Assembly: GCA_030704615.1 (NCBI GenBank)
Contig: CM060734.1
Span: forward strand, 24,242,001-24,306,000
Direction: 5' to 3'
Length of the DNA: 64,000 bases
DNA from: Takakia lepidozioides
Taxonomy: Eukaryota > Plantae > Bryophyta
Each line of letters opens with the position of its first letter. Positions within the stretch are counted from its first letter, which is position 1. Made by a program: the position numbers and the translations under genes. Below are positions 1 through 12,289 of this stretch, piece after piece. The notes beneath the pieces were generated by a model. It was not told where the DNA came from, ran no database searches, and saw nothing but the letters and a program-made list of their open reading frames with translations.

Positions 1-202
1 ACTTGACAACAAGCTACATGTAACCTACATCTACAAATTCTTACTGGATGTGAAAACCCTACCGACTTACAGAGTCTCGAAGACTTGGAACCAGTGATTT
101 ACTTGCAGCACAACCTTGCTAAGAACGTAACTACTATTTGAGCCCCAGAATTATTGCCTACCTCAGAATCTTGTACTACTGTTCAAAGGAAGTAGAGCTC
201 AC

Positions 203-412
203 CAGATGCAAGACGTCAATGCTGACATCGCCAGCCTCTACGCCCTCAATAGTAACCAGGAGGACATTGCTTGCAACATCCCCAGAGTTTTTACTGGTAA
301 CAATTTCTTGCCTGTTAGAGTACTGCAAATAAACCGTCTTCCCTCGCACTTGAGCTGGTTCCGAGGATGACGCGTAGTAAGACACCATAGCGATTGCTTG
401 GTTCAAATCAGC
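203..412 (-). CDS. PTB: Polypyrimidine tract-binding protein (plant PTB1/2-like), coding exon 2; gene continues off the left edge
   Basis: Translates ADLNQAIAMVSYYASSSEPAQVRGKTVYLQYSNRQEIV...NVLLVTIEG...VSIDVLHL; CAG acceptor at 413-415, GTGAG donor at 198-202; 70 codons in phase with exon 1. Confidence 0.93.
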
Positions 413-716
413 CTGCCAGCGCCAAAACGGCATACAAGTAATCATTTCATGCATATTCTTTTCATAAGAGCTTGAAATATAGAACATAAACTCATTTAGG
501 CTGAACCTGAAAGGACAACAAGCCACCAGTCCCGGAAAACAGTGCACGGAAGGAAGGTCACAAACTGATAGAAACCCTAAACAACGAGAAGTCTCAAGAA
601 GGCCTGAAACCCTTGTAAAAAGAAGACCTCGACACTGCGACAGTGTCAGGCTACGGAAATCAACCACTACATCAAATACAGAACGTTTACGAAAAAGGAG
701 GAAAGAAGACACTTAC

Positions 717-902
717 AAACTCCACGAAGGCTTGGTTATGGTTGGCCCCAACATTGACCTTCGTGTTGACGACCTTCCCGAACGGCTTGCAGAGCTCTAT
801 CAGCTCCTCCTCACTACACTCCCATGGCAAGTTCCTGACATGGAGCACCTTCGAAGGAGGCTGCGTGTAGCGGAACTGAGGTTGTCCTGCCGTGGACGTC
901 AT
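717..902 (-). CDS. PTB: PTB coding exon 1 (RRM1 start)
   Basis: MTSTAGQPQFRYTQPPSKVLHVRNLPWECSEEELIELCKPFGKVVNTKVNVGANHNQAFVEF followed by a GTAAGT donor at 711-716. Confidence 0.95.
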
Positions 903-1429
903 CTTCTAAAAATCAACGCAAAAGACTCCTCTTCCCTCCTCGATCCACCCCCTCCGCTCCCTCCGTCTTCCGGTGATGCTTGCTTAGCCTACCCTTCGCA
1001 GCAAGGATGTATCAAAGCATCATCAGCATCTCCATAACTGCCATGGAAGCTGCAGCACCGCACGTTCTCTTCTTACAAAAGCAAAGACGGATGGGTTGCT
1101 CCAACCCTGGGTCAATTCACAGGTGCGAAACCGACAGCCGGCTGCAGCCCGTAGATCTGGTTGAGTAGATGGATGAACATCAATATGGACGAATGACGTT
1201 ATAACTGGACGGACGAAGCAGTTTCGAGCGATCCATGCATGCAAGCTTTGTATTCTTGAAGCTCATCAATCCTGTTTGGAGAGACGGAAGAGCATACAAT
1301 CAAGGTGCCGGAAGAAATATTCGAGCTGCAGGAAGAAGAAATAAACGAGGTGCAGGAAGAGGAAAATATCTGCAGGGTGACAAGAGGAAAGGAAGAACCT
1401 GCAAGTTGCAAGAAGAAATGGAGAGGAAG

Positions 1430-1637
1430 ATGTGTATCTGCGGCGACGACAACAGTTGGATCAGCAGCACCATACTAGTATGGCGAGCAGCAGGAATGAC
1501 ATACGTAGAGTATGCGAACAACTGTGCAGTCTTGGTCAGGAAATGCCTCAAGGAGCCTTTCAGGATGGAGAGTGCTACCCGCAAGCAAGTGCACAACAAG
1601 GCCACGCAGCGGGTGGATGGAGTCCCGGGGAAGCCTG
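1430..1637 (+). pseudogene. Mitochondrial ATP synthase epsilon subunit, diverged/frameshifted copy, head-to-head with PTB
   Basis: WRAAGMTYVEYANNCAVLVRKCLKEPF...DGVPGKP matches plant F1 epsilon (WRAAGMTYI.YSN.CA..VR.CLKEP); the Ala-rich N-terminus SAATTTVGSAAPY lies in another frame; GT donor at 1638. Confidence 0.75.
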
Positions 1638-2119
1638 GTAATTACCTCCGTTCACTCCTAAGGAGACCTTCATCACTGAGAACCAAAATGTTGCATGCAT
1701 ATCAAGCTATAGAAATTCTCATTCATGAATTCCTACTTCTTGTGGCCTGGTTGTTGTTGTTGCATCCTTTTGGATCATACAAACCAAGATCTTTGAAATC
1801 GTAAAGAGAAAAACAACTACAGTTGGAAGTTTGTGTGTTGCTGTCAGGGAAAACATTTGCAAAGCACTAAAAATTTGGTAACGCACAAATGCGGCCAAAT
1901 CTCGATCTAATGGCAGCGTAAACGTTGCTTGAATAAAATCCTTTGTATTTTCGGTTGGCTTATACACATGAACTCTGACGGCCCCCCGGAGCACGTGAAT
2001 GATGCGACGGAACGTAACCGCAATTTGCGGAATGGCGTTACGTCCCGTAATGTCACTCCTGCCACCATTCCCCCATTTTCGCACGTCTTTCCAGCATCTT
2101 TCCGAGATCAGACAATATG

Positions 2120-2844
2120 TGTCGCGGCCTTTTGCCTTGAGGGCGGGGGGTCGGGACACAAGAAGGGCTGCCCCTGTGGTGGGGGCAGCGGCAGCAAATC
2201 GGAAAGGGGGCTGAAGCACCCTTGAGTGCCGAAGGCACTCAAAGAGGCGGTGGCGCTCACTAGGTGGAGCCCCGCAAACCGGGTGGCGGTGGTGGGGGCT
2301 CCACGAGGGGTGGTGGTAGCTTAGAGAGTCGTAGTGGGGGTGGCATAGGACTCACCATGAGGCTGAGGCCTTGTGGTGGGAGTCGTGGGGAGTCTTGGGA
2401 CTCACCACAGTCCATTGGGGCCGTGGTTGGTGGGTCAAGACTCTCCGCGGCTCACCACTGGGACGATCGAGGGTCTAAGTGGTGGTGCATCAGATTTGGA
2501 CTGTGCTACTTGTGGAACCCCCGCGGACACCTATAGAAGTATATATAGGGAGTAGTAACCCCGAGAACTGTGCAAGCCTGTTGGTGACCAAAAACTAGTG
2601 AGTAAGCGTACGAGCCGGAAAGCGACCAAGGTGTGGGGAGCTGTTCCGGACTGCCATCTACCAAAGGTAATTTCCACTGAGCCCGACAAGTCGAGGGTCG
2701 AGTGGGAGTGTGAGGGGACCGTTATGCCCCGGTGAGCACCCGTAGCTCCGAGTTGGTCTGGCGGCCAGTTTGGGAGTTAAGCGCGCGTATCAAAGCGAGC
2801 AACTATGACTTGAAGGGGAACTTACCAAAGTGAGGTGCGCGACA
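2120..2844 (+). mobile_element. 5' LTR of chromovirus-type Ty3/gypsy element G1
   Basis: TGTCGCG...CGCGACA terminal inverted repeat; followed by a PBS; homologous solo LTR at 48743-49469. Confidence 0.9.
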
Positions 2845-2846
2845 CT

Positions 2847-2858
2847 TGGTATCAGAGC
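2847..2858 (+). promoter_or_regulatory. Primer binding site, tRNA-iMet
   Basis: TGGTATCAGAGC two bases after the LTR end. Confidence 0.92.
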
Positions 2859-2899
2859 TTAGAGTTCAGTACGCGATCGTCCTTGAGATCGGCCTCACC

Positions 2900-3680
2900 A
2901 TGGGGTCGGGCAAGACAAAGCGAAAGCGGAACGGCCCGAAAGACGATGATCCTGGTGAGCCCGGTGGGGGCGACGTGTCACCGAAGCGGCAAATGGAAGA
3001 GACGATCTATGCTTCTAAATGCGAGGCCGCTAAAGAACGGGAGGAATTTGGGGAGTCGGAGCCTGAGGACTTCCCAAAGGCTCCGCCAGACCAACAGATG
3101 CCTCCTATGCCAGCAGCCTTTTGGGAAGGGTTGTTTGTGCAGTTTGGCGGGACGTTGAAAGATGTGATGATGGCGGCTAATGCCACTTCCACTAAGGCGA
3201 AGTTGAAGGTGAAGCCTAAGGAACCCAGCACCTTTGAGGGCGTCCGAAATCGGAAGGCACTCAACACCTGGCTCTAGGAGCTGGAGCAGTACTTCCGGGC
3301 GGCCAAGTTGAGTGATGAGGATCTAGTGGAAGTGGCTCCCACCTATTTGAGGGGCTATGCTCAACAATGGTGGCAGAAGCGCCAAACCCAGAAACCTTGA
3401 GCTGGAGTGGGTTCAAGGAATTTATGAAAAGACAGTTTGTGCCACTCAACGCGTCTTGTCTCGCTCGGGACAAGATGAGGAACTTGAAGCAAACGGATGA
3501 CATTCGGGGATATGTTCAAGCTTTCAATGTGCTGTTGCTCAAAGTTGCGGATATGGCGGAACCAGAAATGGTCTTCAACTTTGTGGCGGGACTGGCCCTA
3601 TGGACAAGGCGGAAGTTGGAAGAGAGGCCACCAAAGACTTTGAACGAGGCAATTGAAAGGGCTTAATGTTTCTCGGATGT
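2900..3680 (+). pseudogene. gag: gag of G1, interrupted
   Basis: KPKEPSTFEG..., LSWSGFKEFMKRQF..., LKQTDDIRGYVQAF retrotransposon capsid motifs; internal stops at 3275 and 3664; similarity breaks at ~3680. Confidence 0.85.
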
Positions 3681-4270
3681 CCTCAATGTGCTGTTATTTG
3701 TTCTGAATGTGGACATCACCACCTGTGCACTCGTAATTTTACCGCCCATTACCAAGTTGTTGCACCACACATGAAACAAAAGTATTACAGATTCATAAGC
3801 AGTATGGTTGAAAGGTCTGAGAAGTAGATAACGGGAGGCAAGCTGAATGTCGTACAGGGGACACTCAGTTTTTGACAGGAGAGGCCAGTTAGGTACCTAA
3901 ACTTGAGGCAAAACCCAAAAGGATAATGTATGCAAGCTGAAATGTGGATAGTCTCTGTATTGCTACTGCTTCACCCCCAAACCATCATGGCCACAAGTAC
4001 CAACGCTGAAAACTGAAGCAAAAACGTCATGCATGAGACGACAAAGAGATGGAAAGTGCAAGAAGCTACAGTGCATGAATCTACATTGCAGTGTATGTCA
4101 ATGACACTGTGTATATCCTCGCTCACCTCGATCCATGATCACCATGACATTGTCGATCATTTTTTCAGATCATAATTTAGAATAGCACATTTGATGTACA
4201 TTAGTATATATTTTATGAAGTTTAGTATGAAATCATATTAAGAAATCATAAATAAAATAGAATTCTAGCA

Positions 4271-4884
4271 ATGGCAGAGACGGAGGACCAGTCGAAGGAC
4301 AACTCCTTGATTTCGGGATTGACAGACCATGTGACACTAGAATGCGTTGCACGGGTGCCTCGCTCTTATTATTTACCGTTGACAGGTGGTTGTAAGAAAT
4401 GGCAGAATGCGCTAGCGGTGGTTGATGACGAAGGCCGCAACGACGTCTTTGAGATTCGCAAAATGGGTAGAGATCAAGGAGGAATGGGTTTACATGCTGG
4501 CTGGGCCTGCACACACTGTACTGCCTCTCATAAGTGCACGGAAGTGGTGGGCGTTTGATTCCGTTAGTACGCGTTGGCGATGGCTGCCAGACTGCCCTGT
4601 GGATTATACCTTGGAAGTTTCCAACAAGGAGTCGACAGTTACAGGAACTCAGCTTTTGGTTTGCGGACAGTACCCTAGAGGCTACATGGTATGGAGGTAT
4701 GATTTAGTCTCAACGAATAGTCTTCAACGCCAAGAATGATTCAGGATCGATGTCTTTGTAAGTTAGCAAATGCAGGAAAATATGCTTAACTTGCTGGAGG
4801 ATCTCACCAGCAGACGACTCTTAGAACAACGCTACAACTCGCTACTTCAAGCATGGGAACCTCTCCCCGATCTCAACACAGGTG
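4271..4884 (+). pseudogene. F-box/kelch-repeat protein fragment (SKIP11-like), frameshifted and truncated
   Basis: LISGLTDHVTLECVARVPRS (F-box), EEWVYML, WWAFDS..RWRWLP, KES..GTQLLVCG, RYNSLLQAWEPLPDLN (kelch). Confidence 0.8.
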
Positions 4885-4885
4885 T

Positions 4886-5459
4886 CAGAAATGCCCAACC
4901 GAGTGAGAGGGCGAATAAACCTGCTGACAGCAAAGGAGTGAGCCATAGAGGAACCACACGAACCCCAGTTTTTGCTCTATGTGAGACAAGTGGAAGGAGA
5001 AGTCGATAGGGAGCCGAGCCCAGATTGGATCAAGGGGATTCTGGAGAAATATCAGGATGTGATGCCGGAGGATTTACCAAGCGGCTTGCCACCGCGAAGA
5101 GGAGTTGACCACAAAATAGAGATGGTATCGGGATCGGAGCCGCCTGCCAATGCACCCTACCGGTTGAGCCACAGAGAGTTGGTCGAGCTGAAGGCCCAAC
5201 TCAAGGATCTAATGGCAAATGGGTACATCCGGCCGAGTAAATCACCTTACAAAGCCCCGCTACTATTCGCAGGTAAGAAGGATGAGACTCTGCGGATGTG
5301 TGTCGATTACAGGGCTCTGAATAAGGTGACTATCAAAAACCGGTACCATTTGCCAAGGATCGACGACCTCTTCGATCGGTTGGCAGGAGCAAAGTATTTC
5401 AGCCGGATCGATTTACACTCGGGTTACCACCAGATCTGGATAGCGGAAGGAGATGAGGA
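4886..5459 (+). pseudogene. pol: G1 pol, reverse transcriptase N-half (split by the 5460-18640 insertion)
   Basis: [12 protein letters not shown]..., [12 protein letters not shown]..., [11 protein letters not shown]. Confidence 0.9.
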
Positions 5460-5646
5460 TGTCGTGCGCATACATATCGCTACACAACTACATCGCTGTC
5501 CAAAACCACACAACACATGTGCACACCACACACTAGTATACCACTAGTCTACCACTAGTCCAGCACTAGTCCAACCACTAGGCTACAACTAGTCAGTCAC
5601 TAGGCTGCCACTACGCTGCCCACTATGGCAGTCACTAGTCCACACA
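5460..5646 (-). repeat. Terminal repeat segment A2
   Basis: Near-identical to 5977-6164 (one small indel/substitution); rich in CACTAG repeats. Confidence 0.95.
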
Positions 5647-5647
5647 A

Positions 5648-5974
5648 TGATAAAGAAGAAGAATACAAGCACGAGCTCATGCGAGCTCACAAAGCTGAAG
5701 CATAAACTCATGCATATATAACCTCATCACTCAAATACAAGTCAAGCCAAGTGCACCCCACGCCATGGGGAATCCACACTACGGCGCCATAGCTAGGCAC
5801 GGTGAGGCTCAACTCGAGAAAGATGAGCCTCCCGCGCTTGCCGTGAAGATAACCACTCCAGGGCCTAAATCTGCCTTGACCCCTGGATTGACACTTGGGC
5901 CAATCCCAAATGTCAATATGTAAAAGATAGCTATTTCCTAGCTAGTTTCACACTAGTGGTAAAATAACTTGACA
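5648..5974 (-). repeat. Terminal repeat segment B2
   Basis: 327 bp; two substitutions seen versus 18314-18640. Confidence 0.95.
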
Positions 5975-5976
5975 GC

Positions 5977-6164
5977 TGTCGTGCGCATACATATCGCTAC
6001 ACAACTACATCGCTGTCCAAAACCACACAACACATGTGCACACCACACACTAGTATACCACTAGTCTACCACTAGTCCAACCACTAGTCCAACCACTAGG
6101 CTACAACTAGTCAGTCACTAGGCTGCCACTACGCTGCCCACTATGGCAGTCACTAGTCCACACA
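5977..6164 (-). repeat. Terminal repeat segment A1, directly after the PPT
   Basis: Copy of 5460-5646; joined to B2 through the palindrome GACAGCTGTC (5971-5980). Confidence 0.95.
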
Positions 6165-6165
6165 A

Positions 6166-6175
6166 TCGCCCCCCT
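6166..6175 (-). promoter_or_regulatory. Polypurine tract of G-DNMT
   Basis: AGGGGGGCGA on the minus strand immediately before TTGTGTGG (start of A1). Confidence 0.7.
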
Positions 6176-6433
6176 AGCTGGTGCTTAGGTCCCTCTAAGT
6201 CCAGGTAGCCACAAGATGTGATAGTGACCATAGCCTCACTAAGTCCTCCACCACTATCCCTACTACACTCAAACTCGATAGATCAAGAGGCCGGGTGCAA
6301 GAGTTGCCCCATCGTTAGTCGCCATCTTGCAACCTGTGAACTTGAGCTTGGGATCTCATGTATTGACTCCTATGAGCTTGGCCTCCCATGTCTTGTTAGC
6401 TGCCTCCAGTCATGTCCACTGCCACTATCCCAA

Positions 6434-6568
6434 GCAGTGTGGACACAACCAATCTCCGTCAGGAACCTTCTCAAGAGGTGGTGTCAAGCATCCCATATGC
6501 CAACCCCTTGAGCACCAATCACACACCAGCATGGTGGCTGCCCCTTTGGCAGACCCACAAAGCATGCA
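6434..6568 (-). CDS. PHD finger at the integrase C-terminus
   Basis: CMLC...MLVCDWCSRGWHMGCLTPPLEKVPDGDWLCPHC, a C4HC3 PHD pattern. Confidence 0.92.
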
Positions 6569-6599
6569 CCTCAAACCTGCAGGTACCACTGCCAAGTTT

Positions 6600-7700
6600 G
6601 GGTCAACTTGCCATCGACATTGGGAAGGTGACATGGCGCACAATTACGCACATGGTCTTTCCAAGTCATGCCATCCCGACCCTCTAAGATCAGGACCCCT
6701 GAGGGCAACACCTCTCGAACCCTCAGAATAACACGCCCTGCAGTAACATCCAGAGTCGTAGGAGCAGTCTGCTGCAAATAAACATAGTCACCAGGGCTAA
6801 ACCTCCGAACCCCAGGACGATATCCTCACCACGTATAGTGGCATACCTCAACGTATCACGGTGCTGTGCAATGGCAAGGTTCTCAAAAGCCATGGGCATG
6901 ACTTTCTTGAACAACTCTGCACGCTGATCACATGCACGTATCCACACGTCCGGATCGTCAAGGTTAAGGACTTGAGCAGTGTCCCTACGAATGGCTGCAG
7001 GCAAATCCGGCTCTCGGCCAAAGAGAAGGAAATATGGTGAGAAGGAGGCAAGTGATGCTTGTTTGCTGAACCTGTAGCCCATGGCTAACCAAGGAACCTG
7101 AAGATCCCAATCTCCTAGGTGTCCCTTCTGCAAGCCATATTGCGCAAACCCCTCTTCACCGTCTGAACAACTCTCTCTGCTAAGCCATCGGCCTCAGGAT
7201 GATCCCGAGAAGTGGTGCGGTGGTCTATCAAGGCTTTATCACACAAAGCCTGAAACTCCCCCAAGAACTCTCTCCCTTGGTCCGTGAGTACCTCAGCTGG
7301 AGCACCAAATCGGCTAAGCACACGATCCAAGATGCATACGCAGCCCCCTCACTAGCCTTGTCAGGCAATGGAACCAACTCAATCCACTTGGAGAAGTGCT
7401 CCACCATCACCAACACATATCTGTGGTGGCGCATAGTCAGTGGCAACGGTCCTGCGAAGTCAAGACTCCATCTGTAGCCCAATCCCATGATAGGTAAAGG
7501 ATGCAACTGTGGTGTAGGGGCGTTAAACGAAGCACGCACCCTGTCACACACCATGCACCTAGCCACAAACTGTTGCACCTCTGTATGCATACCACGCCAC
7601 CAATACTGCCCCTGCAGTAAACTGTGAGTGCGTCGCACTCCAAAATGCCCCAACTCCTCATGGGCATGCCGCACTAACCGTGCACGCTATGTGGGGTGAG
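6600..7700 (-). CDS. pol: Integrase (HHCC zinc finger plus DDE core), frameshifted as assembled
   Basis: HEELGH...CMVC; SLDFAGPL; VLTDQGREF; HPEADGLAERVVQ; SPYFLLFGR. Confidence 0.9.
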
Positions 7701-8039
7701 GCACAATCCTCACCCGACCACCCTCCCACACTCGAAGTAGGTGTATCCCCTCCCACTTGAACCTCTTGGCTCGTTGTAGGATCCGATCCCTCTCCCTGGC
7801 AGTCACAATGGCTGCCGTGTCTCCCGTGCGGAGGTAGTCCAACACAGCCGAATCCTCATGTATATCTCTAGGCACCACCTAGCTCATCACTAGCCTCAGG
7901 GTCCTCAGACACTCCGTCTACAGTCATCCCTGTTGTAGGTCCAATCGGACCTCCCGATGCCAAGATACACAAAAATGCAGATGCGTGCCATCCCGGCACC
8001 ATCTCCTCGTCCGTCTCACCATGCCACCGAGCTCCAGTG

Positions 8040-9396
8040 TCATCCTGCTGGCTTATGCATGGATTGCGACTCAATCCATCCGCATCCCGATTGACCAAAC
8101 CCGGTCGATGCACAACCTGAAAGTCATACTCCTGGAGTATAAGTGCCCACCGTGCAAGCTTCCCCGTAAGCTTGTCTGACTCCATCAACCACTTGAGTGG
8201 CTGGTGATCCGTGACAAGGGTGAAAAGATTGCCGTATAGATAGCACCTGAAGTGTGCCACGGCCCACACTGCAGCTAAGCACTCTCCCTCATATGAGCTG
8301 TACTTAGCCTCTGCAGCGTTGTTCGAGCGGCTAGCGTAAGCCACTACGAACTCTCTTCCCTCATCATCCACCTGTGTGAGCACCGCTCCAAGCCCCAGCA
8401 TGCTCCAATCCGTATGCAGCTGAAAGGGACGCCCCCTGATAGGTCGTCTCAAGATAGGCGCCGAGGTCAACCTCGCCTTGAGCTCTTGAAAAGCTCGTTC
8501 CTGCTCATCTTCCCACTGCCATCCTGGTCCACCTTGGTCAGCTTGGTTAGAGCCTTTGCAATGGTACTAAATCCCTTGACAAACCGTCTATAATAGTTTG
8601 CCAACCCCATGAAAGCTCGAACTCGGCTCACATCCGTGGGGCGTGGAATTTGTGCAATGGCCTCTACCTTAGTCTGCTGTACCCCCAATCCTCCAGGATA
8701 TATCATGTGACCCAGATACTCAATCTGGTTGTGGAAAAACTTGCACTTCCCCGGATGCAACTTCAATCCGTGCGCTCTCAAGCGCTCCAATACCACCTGA
8801 AGGTGTCTCTCATGCTCCTCCATCGTAACACTAAAGATGATGATGTCATCTATGTAGCACCGAGCAAAGTCCACCCCTGCTAGAATCCTATCCATGACTC
8901 TCTGAAACTCTGCAGGAGCATTCTTAAGCCCAAATGGTAAGAACCGCCACTGATATAGGCAATCCTTGCCGTGCTCATTGATCCCCCAGAATGTCGTCTT
9001 CTGCTTGTCCGCCTCCTTGATTGGCAACTGGTGATATCCGGATCGTAAATCCAAAGTGCTAAAGGCCTTAGCATGCCCGATGGCATCAAAGATCTCCTCT
9101 GGTGTTGGCATGGCATACTTATCGGACTTGGTCTGACGATTTACAGGCCGGTAATCACCACACATACGTCTCTCCGTCCAATTGCCATAGACATCCTTCT
9201 TGGCTGGCATCACTGTGGCTGAAGCATACTCTCCACCAGAGAGCTCCACCAAACCTGCCTCCCAGAGATCTTGAGTCCTCATCTGAATCAAAGACCTCTC
9301 CATGTCACTGTATCTATAGGGTCTCCGAAAGATTGGCGTGTCAGTGGCCAACTCAATACGGATCTCTTGACCCTTCAGTGCTCCCAAGTCCTTCAA
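8040..9396 (-). CDS. pol: Reverse transcriptase and RNase H of G-DNMT, frameshifted as assembled
   Basis: RMCGDYRPVN, LDLRSGYHQ, LPFGLKNAP, YIDD; LHTDWS..LGAVL, YEGECLA, VTDHQPL. Confidence 0.93.
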
Positions 9397-9849
9397 ACTG
9401 AAGGCAAAGCAATTCCTGTAAGCCCTCAGGAACCGCCGTATACGTCGTCTCTCTCCTCCGGTGACAATGGGTCCAATGTCAGGCTCCCAATTGTCCTCCG
9501 TAACTACAACCTTAAGTCAGTGGGCTTAGAGGTAGAGGACGCGTCCCGTGGTTGCTATGCTGCAACCTCTTGAGCAGTACTCCCTACCTGCTCAGTCAAT
9601 GACAAGGCATCATCCTGCCCCATCATCTCATCCTTAAGGACCTCCTCAACTCGAGAAGAATCCCCAACCTCATCCATCACAGCCGCCTTGGCTGCCAACT
9701 CCCTCTGAACCTCGAGCACCTCCCACGTGTGCCATGGATGCATGCACCCCGTGGTCCTCATATGCTCGCCCCCACTCACTGCCTATACCGTCTCGGTAGG
9801 CAGAGAGACCATTGAGGGAAGTGTATTCCGCACTCTGCGTTGCTCAGCT

Positions 9850-10801
9850 AGAGCCAAGCTGATAATCCAGGTCAAGCAATTGAGATCCATTGCTTGCCCC
9901 AACACTTGACGACGTGATGCCTCAGAAAGAGACGACACCGCCGTGGTACCAGTGGTAAAACCCATTGCCCGCTCACGCTCGTCAGCATTAGGCTCCACTA
10001 ACTGCTGCAACTGAGCATCCCACAGGAGGCCAGGTCCACTATCCCGGAAAGCATGCGATCCTGGGAAGCTGAGCAGTGTAGGTAATGCTGCTCGTGGTTG
10101 ACCCACCTTGTTGACCACTGCCAAAGGCGAACGGTCATCGTGTCTCACACGTTGAGACTGCCTCCCTGTGTCCAGAATGTTATCCACTGTGAGATGTGCT
10201 GGCCGCTGCACCCCATCAAATGCACGCTTGAGCATGCGGGTGGCATCATGTTAGTCCACCATAGCCGTGGACGATGAGCCCGTGACCCCACTGTAGCTGC
10301 ATCTAGCAACACTGCTGACCCAAGCCACGACCGGACTTGATGCACACTGGCCATCACCCTGGCCCGAGAATCGCCCATCAGTGGCACATTCTCCAAGATG
10401 TATGCTGGAGATACAGCTTGATGAAGCTGCAAGTGGCGCAAAACCCGCACCATCTCCCAAAACAGACCCGACCTCGAGTCTCGCAATCCATTGCCATGCC
10501 CGGCTGATGAATGCCCTTGGCAGGGCCAACCTGCCACTACCAGATCAATGGAGCCAACCCGCTCCAAATCCTGCGCCCCCAGCAACGAAATGTCTGCTGG
10601 CAAGGCCTGCTGATATCCACGAATTGCAGACACCGACAACAACTCAGGGTACCGCTGCACCAACTGAGCAACATGGCGAAGTGAAACGCATCGTGCAGTC
10701 TCATCCCTCTCCACATACAGGTAACGCCAAACTCGTACACCTGCCTGTAACACAGCAGCCAATCCGGTGCTGATCCCGCCAAACAAGTCCAGAAGACAAA
10801 T
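9850..10801 (-). CDS. C5-cytosine DNA methyltransferase domain (DNMT3-like) within pol
   Basis: Motif I LDLFGG, motif IV GWPCQ (10517-10525), motif VI ILENV, motif VIII AHRPRLWWTN, motifs IX/X ERAMGF...RRQVLGQAM; one frameshift near 10236. Confidence 0.9.
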
Positions 10802-11229
10802 GCCTTCATCCGGAGACTGCCACACAATAGGTGTGGTGTCCAATGGAGACAATTGAGGTGGTCCTGGTGCAATCCCCACACTCTCCTCCTCTCCTGACGG
10901 TACAAAAGCCTCCACCCAGGCTTGTTGCACCTGTCGATCAGCATCCCGCGGCAAATCCTTGCTCGTGCCCCACAATGGAGTCTGAGCAACCATGGTAGGC
11001 AACTCCGCCATACCATACATGTCATCCTGCTCTCCCGGAGGTGGTACATCCTCTGAATGAGCATTGCCCTCAAGCAACTCTCTAGGCCAACTCACTGCCG
11101 CTGTGAATGCTGCTAGTGTCGGCATCTTGCCTCGCTGGGCAACCGCAACTCCTCCTATGAACGTCACAGGGAGCTGCACACGCCGGCCCTCCCCTGACTG
11201 CCATGCAGGCCTATAGGAAGCTGACTCCT

Positions 11230-11600
11230 CCCAAAAATCCAGGGTGAAGCCCATGGGGTACAACACTGCCCCACCAACCAGGACATCGTATGAGACTGGG
11301 TCTGTCACAATGGCCTTGGCTCGCATTACTGAGCCATCTGTAGGGTGATCCGGCCGTAGTCTGATAGCCAACTCATGCCGTGTCATGCCCCGAGCCTGCT
11401 CCGATCCTCCCAGAGACGTCTGTATCTGGAAAGGACAAGGCTCCATATCCGCCTCCGTGAGGCCCAAGCCTGCAATAGCAGCTCTGCCCAGCATCAGTGG
11501 CTGAGCTCCCGAGTCCAACAAGACTCGCAGTGGCCGGTACCTCTTGCCTGCTGGTCCACTCAAACAGAAAATGCCATCCTGGTTGTCTAACATGACAACT
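11230..11600 (-). CDS. pol: Aspartic protease domain of G-DNMT
   Basis: VLLDSGAQ active-site motif and the downstream YDVLVG motif. Confidence 0.8.
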
Positions 11601-12289
11601 CCAGGTGTCACCATGGCGCGCTCAATGGCTGGCCTAGCTGGCAGCTCCATCAACCTGGCAGCTACAGCTTGCCATGGCGCCGCCGTGGCAGTCTTGACCC
11701 TCAAATCCGAGGATCCCTCCGGCACTACACCTCCCACTATCTCCGCAGAAGATGAAGTAACCTCCCCACTCTCACAGAGTGTAGCTGCCAGCCTGAACAC
11801 CTCAGCTGGTCTTACCCCCGGCGTCGCAATCATGGTAGCCGAGAACAATGGAGCCTGGCACACAGATGTGGCCGCTCCTAGCAGCACACTAGCTGCCGTA
11901 GCCTTGGCAACACTAGGTAGTGGTGCTACCCGTGTAGCTCTCCCCAATGGCATAGTGACCTCCGCCTCGGTAACAGTCGGGCGAGAACTAGGTGCCATGG
12001 ATGGCGTCGACACTGTCTCCGCCAATGTGAATGACTGAGGAAGCCTAGCCTGACGGCTTGCCTCCCCACGCTGTGGATCCAACTCCACCTCTGCACCTCG
12101 TGGCTCAGGAACTCGTGCTGCTCCTCGAGTCACGGCTGCAGCAGACTCCACCTGCACTAGTGGTAGTGCTGCTCCACACATGAATCCCATGCCTCCCATA
12201 TCTCCTCCCTCAGGAGCAGGAGGTGGACCATCCGGCCTTAGAGCCGGTACCACCTGAGCTGTAGCCATGGCAGCGAGCCTCTGCTCTAG

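Noticed and set aside
176-712. 178-aa ORF as a separate gene
   Set aside because: Read-through of PTB intron 1 into exon 2.
1860-2119. Weak dyad symmetries just left of the G1 LTR
   Set aside because: No matching second end or TSD in the window, so it cannot be called an element terminus.
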